Shown piece by piece: positions 16,813-24,396 of a stretch of DNA of 27,024 nucleotides. The position numbers were made by a program, and so were the translations under genes. Where the stretch lies: the IMG/VR virus record IMGVR_UViG_3300049489_000540. One strand, written 5' to 3'. Within the stretch, counting starts at the first letter, position 1, and each line of letters opens with the position of its first letter. Origin of the DNA: a virus. Its lineage: Duplodnaviria; Heunggongvirae; Uroviricota; Caudoviricetes. The notes beneath the pieces were generated by a model. The model was not told the origin of the DNA. It saw only the letters and a list, made by a program, of their open reading frames with translations, and made no database searches.

Positions 16813-16988
16813 TTCTTGCCCATCACCTTGCTGGCAATGTGGGTCGGCAGACGGATGTGCTTGCGACCGCTGTTCGCAGTCCGCACCAGCCGCTTGAGCA
16901 GCTTGCTCTGCTCGGGAATGGACCTGGCGTTCTTGACGATGGCAATCGCGGTCTGAGCGAAGTTGCTCTTGATGAACTTGATCTGCAT
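16809..16988 (-). CDS. basic hypothetical protein (start MQIKF)
   Basis: AGGAG SD. Confidence 0.7.
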   Translation of the reverse strand: MQIKFIKSNFAQTAIAIVKNARSIPEQSKLLKRLVRTANSGRKHIRLPTHIASKVMGKK

Positions 16989-16992
16989 GGGA

Positions 16993-17178
16993 CTACTCCT
17001 TGGTGTCGGGGAAGTGGCTGAAGAAGAAGAAAACCGCATAGCCAGCACCGATAAAGGTGGCGATCCAACACAGATAGTGCGAGAGGCTATCACGGGGGAA
17101 GGTCTGGGACACGCACATCGCAGCGATGGCGACGATCCAGAGGACAAAGAGAATGATGATTTTGATATCTTTGGTCAT
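16993..17178 (-). CDS. two-TM membrane protein (start MTKDI)
   Basis: Promoter at 17208 with ATG 7 nt after -10; two hydrophobic segments. Confidence 0.75.
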   Translation of the reverse strand: MTKDIKIIILFVLWIVAIAAMCVSQTFPRDSLSHYLCWIATFIGAGYAVFFFFSHFPDTKE

Positions 17179-17239
17179 GCTTATTTTTATACAGTCTATT
17201 TTGAAAAAGTCAATATGTCTATTTTTCGATGTACTATTT

Positions 17240-17458
17240 TCAGTTGGCAGTCGGTGCCAGCTTTTCCAGCTTGGTCTTTTCCCGCTTGATGACGAACTGA
17301 TCGAAATCGTCGGGCACTTCGGTGTTTGGACGGAGAACGGGAATCCCACCAGCCTCTTGGATGTGGCGGGCGATGATCGCAGCCTCTTCCATGTCGCGGG
17401 CAGCGAAGCGCACCAGCGGCTTGCCGGGGCAGATACCGAAAACGTCGATGATCTTCAT
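17240..17458 (-). CDS. hypothetical protein
   Basis: GAGG SD. Confidence 0.75.
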   Translation of the reverse strand: MKIIDVFGICPGKPLVRFAARDMEEAAIIARHIQEAGGIPVLRPNTEVPDDFDQFVIKREKTKLEKLAPTAN

Positions 17459-17467
17459 GGTTTTACC

Positions 17468-17710
17468 TCAGTCGCAGTTGTGGGCGACGAGCCAGGCATG
17501 GTAGTCCCCGTCCTTCTTGGGATCGTACTTCGGCACGGGACCGTTGATCTTGGGCTTGCGGTTGACGCAGACGTAGGCACCGCCGATGTCGTTCCAGAGG
17601 TCGGTGAGCATCAGCTTCGCGTCCTCCACATCACCAGCATTCAGCTTGCGCTGAATCATTTCCACGAAGTTGCGGAGTCCTTGGGTGCGGGCATTGAGCT
17701 TGCGTGCCAT
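17468..17710 (-). CDS. hypothetical protein (start MARKL)
   Basis: Promoter at 17752 and AGGA SD. Confidence 0.75.
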   Translation of the reverse strand: MARKLNARTQGLRNFVEMIQRKLNAGDVEDAKLMLTDLWNDIGGAYVCVNRKPKINGPVPKYDPKKDGDYHAWLVAHNCD

Positions 17711-17789
17711 GGTGGTTCCTATGCGTATGAATATACCATGCTTCCAGAAGAAATCAAGACCAAGGTTTTCGTCGGTGTGATCGAGCATC

Positions 17790-17807
17790 TCACACAGCGG
17801 ATACGCC
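17790..17807 (-). promoter_or_regulatory. 18-bp GGCGTRTCC motif copy
   Basis: GGCGTATCCGCTGTGTGA, 32 nt upstream of -35 at 17752. Confidence 0.75.
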
Positions 17808-17825
17808 CGCTCGAATCGAGAACTG

Positions 17826-17862
17826 ACAAAACAAACGCTCCAGGCACTTTCGCACCTGGAGC
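17826..17862 (-). terminator. intrinsic terminator
   Basis: GCTCCAGG-TGC-GAAA-GTG-CCTGGAGC followed by GTTTGTTTT. Confidence 0.75.
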
Positions 17863-18140
17863 AGTCTTTTGTACGTTTAGGCTTGTGCCAGAGTTATAAG
17901 GATCTTAGGACGGGGGTGCGCGTGCCATGGCACGCCTCCTTTGCCGGGAACCGGCTGTTAGATTTGGCTTTTGCATATGGTCTAGCGTTTCCGCTTAGGT
18001 TGACTTTTCATCCAGCGGACCATAGGGTGCCACCCCACACGCTGGATATATCCCACGCTTATGCCCCGTCTGATCCGCCATGGGCTGCGGTCAGGAAAGG
18101 CTCGTACCTCGGAATGGTTGCATGTTTCTTTATTCCTTGG
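17830..18140 (-). ncRNA. candidate structured ncRNA or 3' UTR element (about 300 nt)
   Basis: No credible ORF; stems 18010-18017/18040-18047, 17984-17995 (GAAA loop), 17943-17955, palindrome 17920-17935, long-range 18064-18070/17909-17915. Confidence 0.4.
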
Positions 18141-18143
18141 GGT

Positions 18144-18281
18144 TCACTTGCGCTTGCTGGGCATGGTCCAGATGGTGGAGGACTTGCCGCACTGTGGGCA
18201 CTTGTGGGTGACCTCGCCACCCTTGCGGTTCGGCTGCACCAGAACCGTGTGACCACAGATAAGCGTCTCGTACTGCTTCAT
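18144..18281 (-). CDS. 45-aa zinc-ribbon-like protein (not in ORF track)
   Basis: TTGACT-15-TAACAT-7-ATG; MKQYETLICGHTVLVQPNRKGGEVTHKCPQCGKSSTIWTMPSKRK. Confidence 0.75.
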   Translation of the reverse strand: MKQYETLICGHTVLVQPNRKGGEVTHKCPQCGKSSTIWTMPSKRK

Positions 18282-18319
18282 GTGTCTGATGTTATCGGGA
18301 TTTTGGGAAAGTCAAGCGA

Positions 18320-18541
18320 CTACTGCACGCCAGCCTTGATCGCTTCGACCTCCAGCACATCCATGGCAGCGCACGCCTCGGGATCGTTCTTGGTGATCGC
18401 CATGTGGTAGCCGACCAGCCGACCGCACGCGAACGCAGCGAGGCGCAGCGAAGTCTTGTCCTTGTTTTCGGCATGGTCCTTGACGAACACTTCCGCCTGC
18501 TTGTAGAAGGCGTTGAACTGCGGGTGCTTGGTAGGGAACAT
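18320..18541 (-). CDS. hypothetical protein (start MFPTK)
   Basis: TGATG overlap. Confidence 0.75.
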   Translation of the reverse strand: MFPTKHPQFNAFYKQAEVFVKDHAENKDKTSLRLAAFACGRLVGYHMAITKNDPEACAAMDVLEVEAIKAGVQ

Positions 18542-18750
18542 CACTTCACCACCTTTCGCACAGCCTTGAGTTTCTTTCCGCAGAAGGGGCAGAACTTGAC
18601 TTCCGTGGCGACCGATCCCATGGTGAATGCGCCCGTGTCCTCGTTCTGATAAATCGCTTTGCCCCATGCCTCGTTGTCGGATCCCTTGGAGGTGGCTTCC
18701 GCGATGGCGGTGCAGCACGGCTTGAAAGTGAACTTGTAGGTTTTGTTCAT
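18541..18750 (-). CDS. small zinc-finger-like protein
   Basis: PCC...FCPFCG; leaderless promoter at 18779. Confidence 0.8.
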   Translation of the reverse strand: MNKTYKFTFKPCCTAIAEATSKGSDNEAWGKAIYQNEDTGAFTMGSVATEVKFCPFCGKKLKAVRKVVK

Positions 18751-18800
18751 GTGTGATATGTTATCAGGTATTTGGAAAAGTCAAGCAGCTTTCGAGTGAC

Positions 18801-18818
18801 TCACACATCGGATACGCC
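18801..18818 (-). promoter_or_regulatory. 18-bp GGCGTRTCC motif copy
   Basis: GGCGTATCCGATGTGTGA, 16 nt upstream of -35 at 18779. Confidence 0.75.
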
Positions 18819-18834
18819 GCGCCTGGTCGCTGAC

Positions 18835-18932
18835 AAACAACAAACCCACGGCTTTCACCGTGGGTTTAGGGGATCCGCTAGATCGCTGCCCGGTTTCGCG
18901 CAGTTAAGCACTCGCGGGGCTGTTGCCTTCGT
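18835..18932 (-). ncRNA. candidate small RNA (about 100 nt)
   Basis: Promoter TTGACA(18960)-15-TAGGAT, no ATG, ends in AAACCCACGG-TGAAAG-CCGTGGGTTT terminator (18842-18867). Confidence 0.5.
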
Positions 18933-18966
18933 GTATGTATCCTAACAGCTTCTTGCCAATGTCAAG

Positions 18967-19146
18967 TCACTTTTCCCAGCGTGGCTTGACCCGTGACTCG
19001 GGATGCAGCAGCTTCCAGCGACGATAACCAGCTTCGACCAGCATCTTGCCCAACACATCCTCGGGTCGTGTGTGCGATTCGACCTCCATCAGCAGTTGCC
19101 AAAAGAGGTCGCGTGTATTTTCGTCAGCGTGGGGCTTTTCGCTCAT
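18967..19146 (-). CDS. 59-aa hypothetical protein (not in ORF track)
   Basis: ATGA overlap; MSEKPHADENTRDLFWQLL...PRWEK. Confidence 0.7.
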   Translation of the reverse strand: MSEKPHADENTRDLFWQLLMEVESHTRPEDVLGKMLVEAGYRRWKLLHPESRVKPRWEK

Positions 19147-19310
19147 TTGGTTTTCTTCTTGCGCTTGCGCTTGGCGTTGAAGTCAGGCATGGGAACTTCG
19201 ACACGATGCGGACTCCAACCGCAGTTGAGGCAGCAGCCATGGAAGGTGATGTGGTGAACGGTACAGCCGCCACCCGCATGCTTCTTGGAGTATTCGGCAT
19301 GGGTCATCAT
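19143..19310 (-). CDS. 55-aa Cys/His-rich basic protein (not in ORF track)
   Basis: ATGA overlaps at both ends; MMTHAEYSKKHAGGGCTVHHITFHGCCLNCGW...KRKRKKKTK. Confidence 0.7.
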   Translation of the reverse strand: MMTHAEYSKKHAGGGCTVHHITFHGCCLNCGWSPHRVEVPMPDFNAKRKRKKKTK

Positions 19311-19453
19311 GGCACGAACCCCAACTGCTTGGCAGCACGCATGTCGCGCAGCGAATCGCGGACCAACTTGAAGTGCCGGGGCGAAGCGTGGCGCATGTGC
19401 CAGTTGTGGATCACGAAGTGGAGGGCTTCGTTGTAGAGGCTGCCGATGCTCAT
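19307..19453 (-). CDS. 48-aa hypothetical protein (not in ORF track)
   Basis: TTGATT-15-TAGAAT-7-ATG; MSIGSLYNEALHFVIHNWHMRHASPRHFKLVRDSLRDMRAAKQLGFVP. Confidence 0.75.
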   Translation of the reverse strand: MSIGSLYNEALHFVIHNWHMRHASPRHFKLVRDSLRDMRAAKQLGFVP

Positions 19454-19483
19454 GGGCATGATTCTATCATGCATTTGGAAAAA

Positions 19484-19813
19484 TCAAGTCTGATCTTCCT
19501 TGCCCGCAGTCCAATAGCGGTCGGCGTTCTCCAATGCCTGACGCATGGACGCAACACCCACGCTATTCTGGCTATGAATGCGCCACTTGAGCGGCTTGAT
19601 GTAGCCGTTGAAAGCTGCTTCCTCGATGGCTTTCGCCACCATGTAGCCGTCGCCGCAGACTTCCTCTGGTCCTAGATCATGGTCAAGGCTGACCTCTTCG
19701 ACCCGACCAAATAGGATCATGTCAACCGCATCCCTGGCGGTCTTGATCCAAATCCAATCGGTTTCTCCCGTGAATTGCACGGGATCGCGCTTGTCATCGA
19801 GCCAGAGCTTCAT
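19484..19813 (-). CDS. cyclic-phosphate processing receiver domain protein
   Basis: LWLDD.R.P, SLDHDLG, GYMV, IHSQNSVG match the stand-alone receiver family common in phages. Confidence 0.8.
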   Translation of the reverse strand: MKLWLDDKRDPVQFTGETDWIWIKTARDAVDMILFGRVEEVSLDHDLGPEEVCGDGYMVAKAIEEAAFNGYIKPLKWRIHSQNSVGVASMRQALENADRYWTAGKEDQT

Positions 19814-20019
19814 TAGAACTTGTCCACTTTCAGATCGGTGAACTCGGGGAATCGCTGCATCTTGGCAAGCATCTGTTGGGCGTCCCGCTCGTCATGGCAC
19901 CATTCCAGCACACCAGCCGCTTGACCAGAGGGAGCATTGTGGACGCCAGTGACGCACCACCGCTTACCCTCGGCATCAGCTTGCGCCCAATTGACGGGGG
20001 TATTGCGGAACTTATACAT
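19813..20019 (-). CDS. hypothetical protein (start MYKFR)
   Basis: TAGAGT-7nt-ATG. Confidence 0.8.
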   Translation of the reverse strand: MYKFRNTPVNWAQADAEGKRWCVTGVHNAPSGQAAGVLEWCHDERDAQQMLAKMQRFPEFTDLKVDKF

Positions 20020-20049
20020 GCGCAACACTCTACGGAGAAATTGAAAAAG

Positions 20050-20463
20050 TCAATCCTTCAATGCGATGGTATATGCACCGTAGTAGTTGCACGGCTTGAC
20101 CACGATTTCGTCGCAGTCCAGCCACTCGGCAAGCTGCTTCTCGCCGCCCTTGTGTGACCACACATCGATGCTGATGTTGACGCTCTTGGTGACGATTCGG
20201 CGCTCCACATGCCATTCGGTGGCATTACCGTAGACGCCTTGCGGCTTCCTCGCCTTTTCGAAGCGCAGCGAATAGCCGCAGCCCTTGAGGCTCAGAGCAA
20301 CTTCAGCCAGATGCCCGTAATGGGTGCCCAACTCTCTGATGGTGCGACCTTCCTCGTCACCTTCGGTCGTGACCTTCCACCAACCAACGGGCGTCAGCGA
20401 CCACTTCTGGAGCGCCGTCAACTCGGGGTCGATGGTCTTGATGAGCTTGAGCTTGTAGGGCAT
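20050..20463 (-). CDS. hypothetical protein
   Basis: Leaderless promoter at 20491; TGA in next -35. Confidence 0.85.
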   Translation of the reverse strand: MPYKLKLIKTIDPELTALQKWSLTPVGWWKVTTEGDEEGRTIRELGTHYGHLAEVALSLKGCGYSLRFEKARKPQGVYGNATEWHVERRIVTKSVNISIDVWSHKGGEKQLAEWLDCDEIVVKPCNYYGAYTIALKD

Positions 20464-20498
20464 GTTTGTATTCTATCGGCAGTTTGGAAAAGTCAACA

Positions 20499-20729
20499 TT
20501 ACTTAACTTCGGAAATCTCCCGCCAGATGACGCCATTGACCACAACTCTATTTCCGCCTTTGACATAATACACACGGCACATGTTGCCATAGAAGTGGAA
20601 AAACTGGCGCTCGATGTCCTGCCGATTGCACTTGTAGTGTTCACACAACTCATTACGGTCGAAGTGATCGACAGCGACCGCCGATCCGATAATAAGCAAG
20701 ATGGCGGAAACAAGGAGAAGTTTGGTCAT
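20499..20729 (-). CDS. secreted or membrane-anchored hypothetical protein (start MTKLL)
   Basis: TATGAT-6nt-ATG; signal-peptide-like N-terminus. Confidence 0.8.
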   Translation of the reverse strand: MTKLLLVSAILLIIGSAVAVDHFDRNELCEHYKCNRQDIERQFFHFYGNMCRVYYVKGGNRVVVNGVIWREISEVK

Positions 20730-20758
20730 GGTCACATCATACCATGCGTTTGAGAAAG

Positions 20759-20986
20759 TCAATAGTTGGTTGCCCAATCCAACAGCGGCTTGGACGCAGC
20801 ACCTTCGGCTTCGATGGGAAAGCTGCGAACCTCATAGGCGCATTTGGCATAGTCACCATCGTCCAGGTATGACATAGCCTTGAGAACACACTTGCGAGCA
20901 TACTCGTATTCCACATCCAGACGATCAAGCGTCTGGTCGAGTTGACCCGCAAGATACTCCTTGAGGATCTTTTCTTCGTTGCTCAT
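20759..20986 (-). CDS. hypothetical protein
   Basis: Leaderless promoter at 21014; TGA in next -35. Confidence 0.85.
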   Translation of the reverse strand: MSNEEKILKEYLAGQLDQTLDRLDVEYEYARKCVLKAMSYLDDGDYAKCAYEVRSFPIEAEGAASKPLLDWATNY

Positions 20987-21015
20987 GTTCGTATTCTATC
21001 AGCAGCTTGAGAAAG

Positions 21016-21294
21016 TCAATACTCCACTTGAAAGCCGATCATGCGAGCGACTGTCAGCAGATTGTTCTTGTCGCCATTGCTGAACACGATGTCATGGCTG
21101 AAATCGCTCCATGCATTGATCAGCCCCTTGACATAGAGGCTGTGCGTGTATCCAGCGTCTTCCATAGCCACTTGGATTTCGACGCCATTCTGGAGCTTGA
21201 GAATCCATTCATCACGATACTTGCAGCGATGCACGCCCTGCTGCTTGACGTACTCGTAGATGCGATTCAGCAGCTTTTCGGGATTGGTCAGCAT
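21016..21294 (-). CDS. hypothetical protein
   Basis: Leaderless promoter at 21322; TGA in next -35. Confidence 0.85.
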   Translation of the reverse strand: MLTNPEKLLNRIYEYVKQQGVHRCKYRDEWILKLQNGVEIQVAMEDAGYTHSLYVKGLINAWSDFSHDIVFSNGDKNNLLTVARMIGFQVEY

Positions 21295-21323
21295 GTTCGT
21301 ACTCTATCACATTCTTGGAAAAG

Positions 21324-21674
21324 TCAAGCCTTCCAGAACCAACGCTTGCCCTTCTTGTAGATGGGCAGCGTTTCGTCAGTGAACACTTTCAGATTGCCAG
21401 CATAGATCGAACCGTAGCTTCCCCAGCGGCAACGCTTGGCATTGAACGCATCGGGATGATAGTCCAGAAACTCTCGCTCATGCTCGGGCGTCTCGAAGAT
21501 CACCGGCTCACCAACTACTGGATACAGATTCAGATAATACAGCGCATGGAAATGATGCAGTTTCCGCTTGGCATCCCAAGTCAGAATGTAGGTATGCATC
21601 AGAATGTCCATGATCGTCTTACCACTCTTGCGAGTCAGGTACGACGAACACATGGCGCTGTAATAATGGGTCAT
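21324..21674 (-). CDS. hypothetical protein
   Basis: Leaderless promoter at 21702; TGA in next -35. Confidence 0.85.
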   Translation of the reverse strand: MTHYYSAMCSSYLTRKSGKTIMDILMHTYILTWDAKRKLHHFHALYYLNLYPVVGEPVIFETPEHEREFLDYHPDAFNAKRCRWGSYGSIYAGNLKVFTDETLPIYKKGKRWFWKA

Positions 21675-21703
21675 TCCGCTATGTTAGCGTATCATTGAGA
21701 AAA

Positions 21704-22030
21704 TCAAGAACCAAGTAGCTTGTCCAGTTCCTCTTTCAGTTTCTTGCGTCTCTCCGTGTCGTATGCCTTCTCTTGAAACTGGTTACAGATGGAATCATTC
21801 ATGGAAGGACCGACATAGCGACCGCTCTTCTGGTGAACTTCTCGGGGGCACAGACTAGAACACATCCACTTGTCACATGCACCACATGTGGCAGGCTTGT
21901 GTATAGCATTCTTCAACTCATTGATCTTTTGCTGTTTAGCAACAGCATTGCCGATATTCGCTGCCCAATCGAAAATCTCTCTACCGTCACTTGAAATGTC
22001 TTGCGGAATGGGCGGAATGTTATTCGCCAT
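21704..22030 (-). CDS. hypothetical protein with Cys cluster
   Basis: CGACDKWMC..LCP...C; TGA in next -35. Confidence 0.8.
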   Translation of the reverse strand: MANNIPPIPQDISSDGREIFDWAANIGNAVAKQQKINELKNAIHKPATCGACDKWMCSSLCPREVHQKSGRYVGPSMNDSICNQFQEKAYDTERRKKLKEELDKLLGS

Positions 22031-22235
22031 TCTTTTCCTTGATGAAGAACGAAACCCGCTTCGCTTCCGCCATGGTCAGACAGTCATGCACCTTGGTCAG
22101 ATCCATACCCGAACGCTTCTTGTAGTCGTTGCCACCGTCCACAGCAGAACGATTCTCGCAACCACACTGGACGAAATCGTGCGTGTGCTTGGAATGGAGA
22201 ATGTCACCACAGATGAGGCAGACGGCGAGGTTCAT
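22020..22235 (-). CDS. small zinc-binding phage protein
   Basis: CLICGDILHSKHTHDFVQCGC...VDGG pattern common among phage hypotheticals; leaderless promoter at 22264. Confidence 0.8.
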   Translation of the reverse strand: MNLAVCLICGDILHSKHTHDFVQCGCENRSAVDGGNDYKKRSGMDLTKVHDCLTMAEAKRVSFFIKEKNGE

Positions 22236-22319
22236 GCCAGGAGTCTATCGAGGACTTCGAGAAAGTCAATAGACCAGGCATCACATTGACTTATTCAAAT
22301 GCTTGATAGAATACGAAGC

Positions 22320-22550
22320 ATGACCCACATCGACACCGACACCGACTTCTGCCTGGTCACGGGCAAGCTGCTCATGGTAAGCGTGCCGACCCGCTGGCAC
22401 ATGCACTACGACAACGAACTCGATGCGAAGGAAGTTGCCGACAAAATCAATGCGACGGATGAATGGGACATGGTTCCCGCTCGCTTCACCGATGACCACG
22501 GCAAGCCATACTGGACCGTCAGCAACGGCTGCTGGTCAGTCATCCGTTGA
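22320..22550 (+). CDS. hypothetical protein (start MTHID)
   Basis: TAGAAT-7nt-ATG; TGA in next -35. Confidence 0.8.
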   Translation: MTHIDTDTDFCLVTGKLLMVSVPTRWHMHYDNELDAKEVADKINATDEWDMVPARFTDDHGKPYWTVSNGCWSVIR

Positions 22551-22600
22551 CTTCTTTCGGTTTCTAGATAACATCCAAACACAACCAAGGAACAGACCCC

Positions 22601-22996
22601 ATGAGCGCATGGCTACTCGGCAGAGAAACGATGACGATGATCCGCAACAAGCTGGTCAAGTCGCTCATGGATGACAAGCGGCTTCCCGAGGCTGATGCGG
22701 TCGCGGAAGCGACCAAGCAAGTCATGAAGTGGAATCGCATGAATCGCTATGCGATTCTCTGCCGCTACGGTGATAAGAACATAGCGGTGCGGCTGCACAA
22801 GTACACGGGCGACGAGGATGTCTGCTCCGATGTGCAGATGTTCAAGTCGCTCCAGTGTCTCCACTACCAGTGCAGCGAGGGCGACACCGAGACGAAGCAC
22901 CGCAAGGCATGGAACGAGTTGGAACGGTTGACTGGCAAGTTCGCGGAAGCGGTCGCCAGCACCCATCCCGACTACAACAAGGCGGAATGGGGCTGA
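22601..22996 (+). CDS. hypothetical protein
   Basis: Promoter at 22547 and AAGGA SD. Confidence 0.8.
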   Translation: MSAWLLGRETMTMIRNKLVKSLMDDKRLPEADAVAEATKQVMKWNRMNRYAILCRYGDKNIAVRLHKYTGDEDVCSDVQMFKSLQCLHYQCSEGDTETKHRKAWNELERLTGKFAEAVASTHPDYNKAEWG

Positions 22997-22998
22997 TC

Positions 22999-23229
22999 AT
23001 GGCACGCAAAGGATCGATGGGCGTTCTAGAAACCTTGCAGAAAGGTCCAGAGCATCCGTATGGCTCTGCGTCTGACCATGAAAATGAATGTGTCAAACAA
23101 GCCAAGGAATGGATAGTCGGGGCTGGTCCGATAGAGTATCGGAAGCAGCTACTCGATGCGCTCCTGGCGTTCGAGCGTCGGAACATTCTCAACGAAGCGG
23201 CTATGGATGCTGCTGGGGAAAGTTCTTGA
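22999..23229 (+). CDS. hypothetical protein (start MARKG)
   Basis: ATG 2 nt after upstream stop; TGA in next -35. Confidence 0.75.
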   Translation: MARKGSMGVLETLQKGPEHPYGSASDHENECVKQAKEWIVGAGPIEYRKQLLDALLAFERRNILNEAAMDAAGESS

Positions 23230-23259
23230 TATTTCCAAAAGCGTGATAACATCAGAACC

Positions 23260-23469
23260 ATGCCCAAGATCAAGCCCACCAAGCCCACCACCGTTGCCGA
23301 GTGCGTCGATGGTTTCGGCTTCACGAAGCGTAGCGATGCCATCTACCGTATGAACGAGTGGACGCGCAAGACCGACATGCAGCATGACATCGTGAAGCTG
23401 TCGGACGGCAAGTGGTACGTCTACAACCGTGTGCCCGTCGCGTTCCGTCCCCTCCAGAGGAAAGGCTAA
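23260..23469 (+). CDS. hypothetical protein
   Basis: Leaderless promoter at 23226. Confidence 0.8.
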   Translation: MPKIKPTKPTTVAECVDGFGFTKRSDAIYRMNEWTRKTDMQHDIVKLSDGKWYVYNRVPVAFRPLQRKG

Positions 23470-23472
23470 ACC

Positions 23473-23706
23473 ATGGGTACCGCAATCGTCATCCTCTTCT
23501 GGTCGCTGGTTCTGCTCTACTTCGGCACCGCTCACATTCTGGCTCTGCTTGTCGATGTGATCTGCTTCTGGGGCAAGGTCAACTGGAAGAAGCCCGATAC
23601 GATCAGCTATTCGTTCACTTCTGGCGGCTGGAAAGTGGCTGCCTTCGTTCTCGGTTTCGCTGGTATGCTCTGGTCCGTCATCGTCCTCGCCATCAAGTCC
23701 GCTTGA
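23473..23706 (+). CDS. two-TM membrane protein
   Basis: Two hydrophobic segments; TGA in next -35. Confidence 0.8.
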   Translation: MGTAIVILFWSLVLLYFGTAHILALLVDVICFWGKVNWKKPDTISYSFTSGGWKVAAFVLGFAGMLWSVIVLAIKSA

Positions 23707-23735
23707 CTTTTCCAAACCTCTGATAGAGTACAAAC

Positions 23736-24215
23736 ATGAACCACATGAGCGCCAACGAACTCCGCACCATCATCAGCACCACGCTCGTCATCAACGGCAT
23801 GAGCCATGATGCGCTCAAGCAGATGGTGTTCGATCTGCTCGCCAGCAATCCCAAGCTGATCACCAAGACGGTGAACGGCGTCAAGGCTGCCGAGGCTGCT
23901 GCCGAGGCTGCCAAGACCTTCAAGGTCGTGCTGATCAAGCCCGGTATCAACAAGATCAATTTCATCAAGCTCGCCCGTTCGCTCCATTGCATGGGGCTGG
24001 CGGAAGCCAAGGATTGGTCCGAGGGCACCACCAACCAGCCGAGCGGCAAGCCCTTCGGTGTCATGGGTTCGGGTCTGAGCGAAGCGGCTGCCAATCAACT
24101 GATGGAACGGTGCAGCAAGGAGTGCAACGACGGAAGCGCCTTCAAGGTCATTTGGGATGACTACCCGTACACGGCTGTCACCTACCCGCGCTTCGCTGGC
24201 TACGGCGGCAACTAG
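23736..24215 (+). CDS. ribosomal protein bL12 (L7/L12) C-terminal-domain-containing protein
   Basis: AAEAAAEAAKTFKVVLIKPGINKINFIKLARSLHCMGLAEAKDWSEG...GLSEAAANQL aligns by eye with bL12 [43 protein letters not shown]...GVSKDDAEAL; leaderless. Confidence 0.75.
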   Translation: MNHMSANELRTIISTTLVINGMSHDALKQMVFDLLASNPKLITKTVNGVKAAEAAAEAAKTFKVVLIKPGINKINFIKLARSLHCMGLAEAKDWSEGTTNQPSGKPFGVMGSGLSEAAANQLMERCSKECNDGSAFKVIWDDYPYTAVTYPRFAGYGGN

Positions 24216-24358
24216 TCCAACATAATCCCGATCGAGCGCCTGGGTCAGTTCTGACCCAGGTTGCTCTATTTTCATTCGTCTATTCTCGAAAGCGCCAGGC
24301 ATGCTATTTTTCGGCATGCTATTTTTGTTGCTATGCCCTTTCTATTTACTTTTCAGGC

Positions 24359-24376
24359 GGCGTGTCCGCTGTACCA
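24359..24376 (+). promoter_or_regulatory. 18-bp GGCGTRTCC motif copy
   Basis: GGCGTGTCCGCTGTACCA at a convergent junction. Confidence 0.7.
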
Positions 24377-24396
24377 CACACCCGAAAATAATAAAC

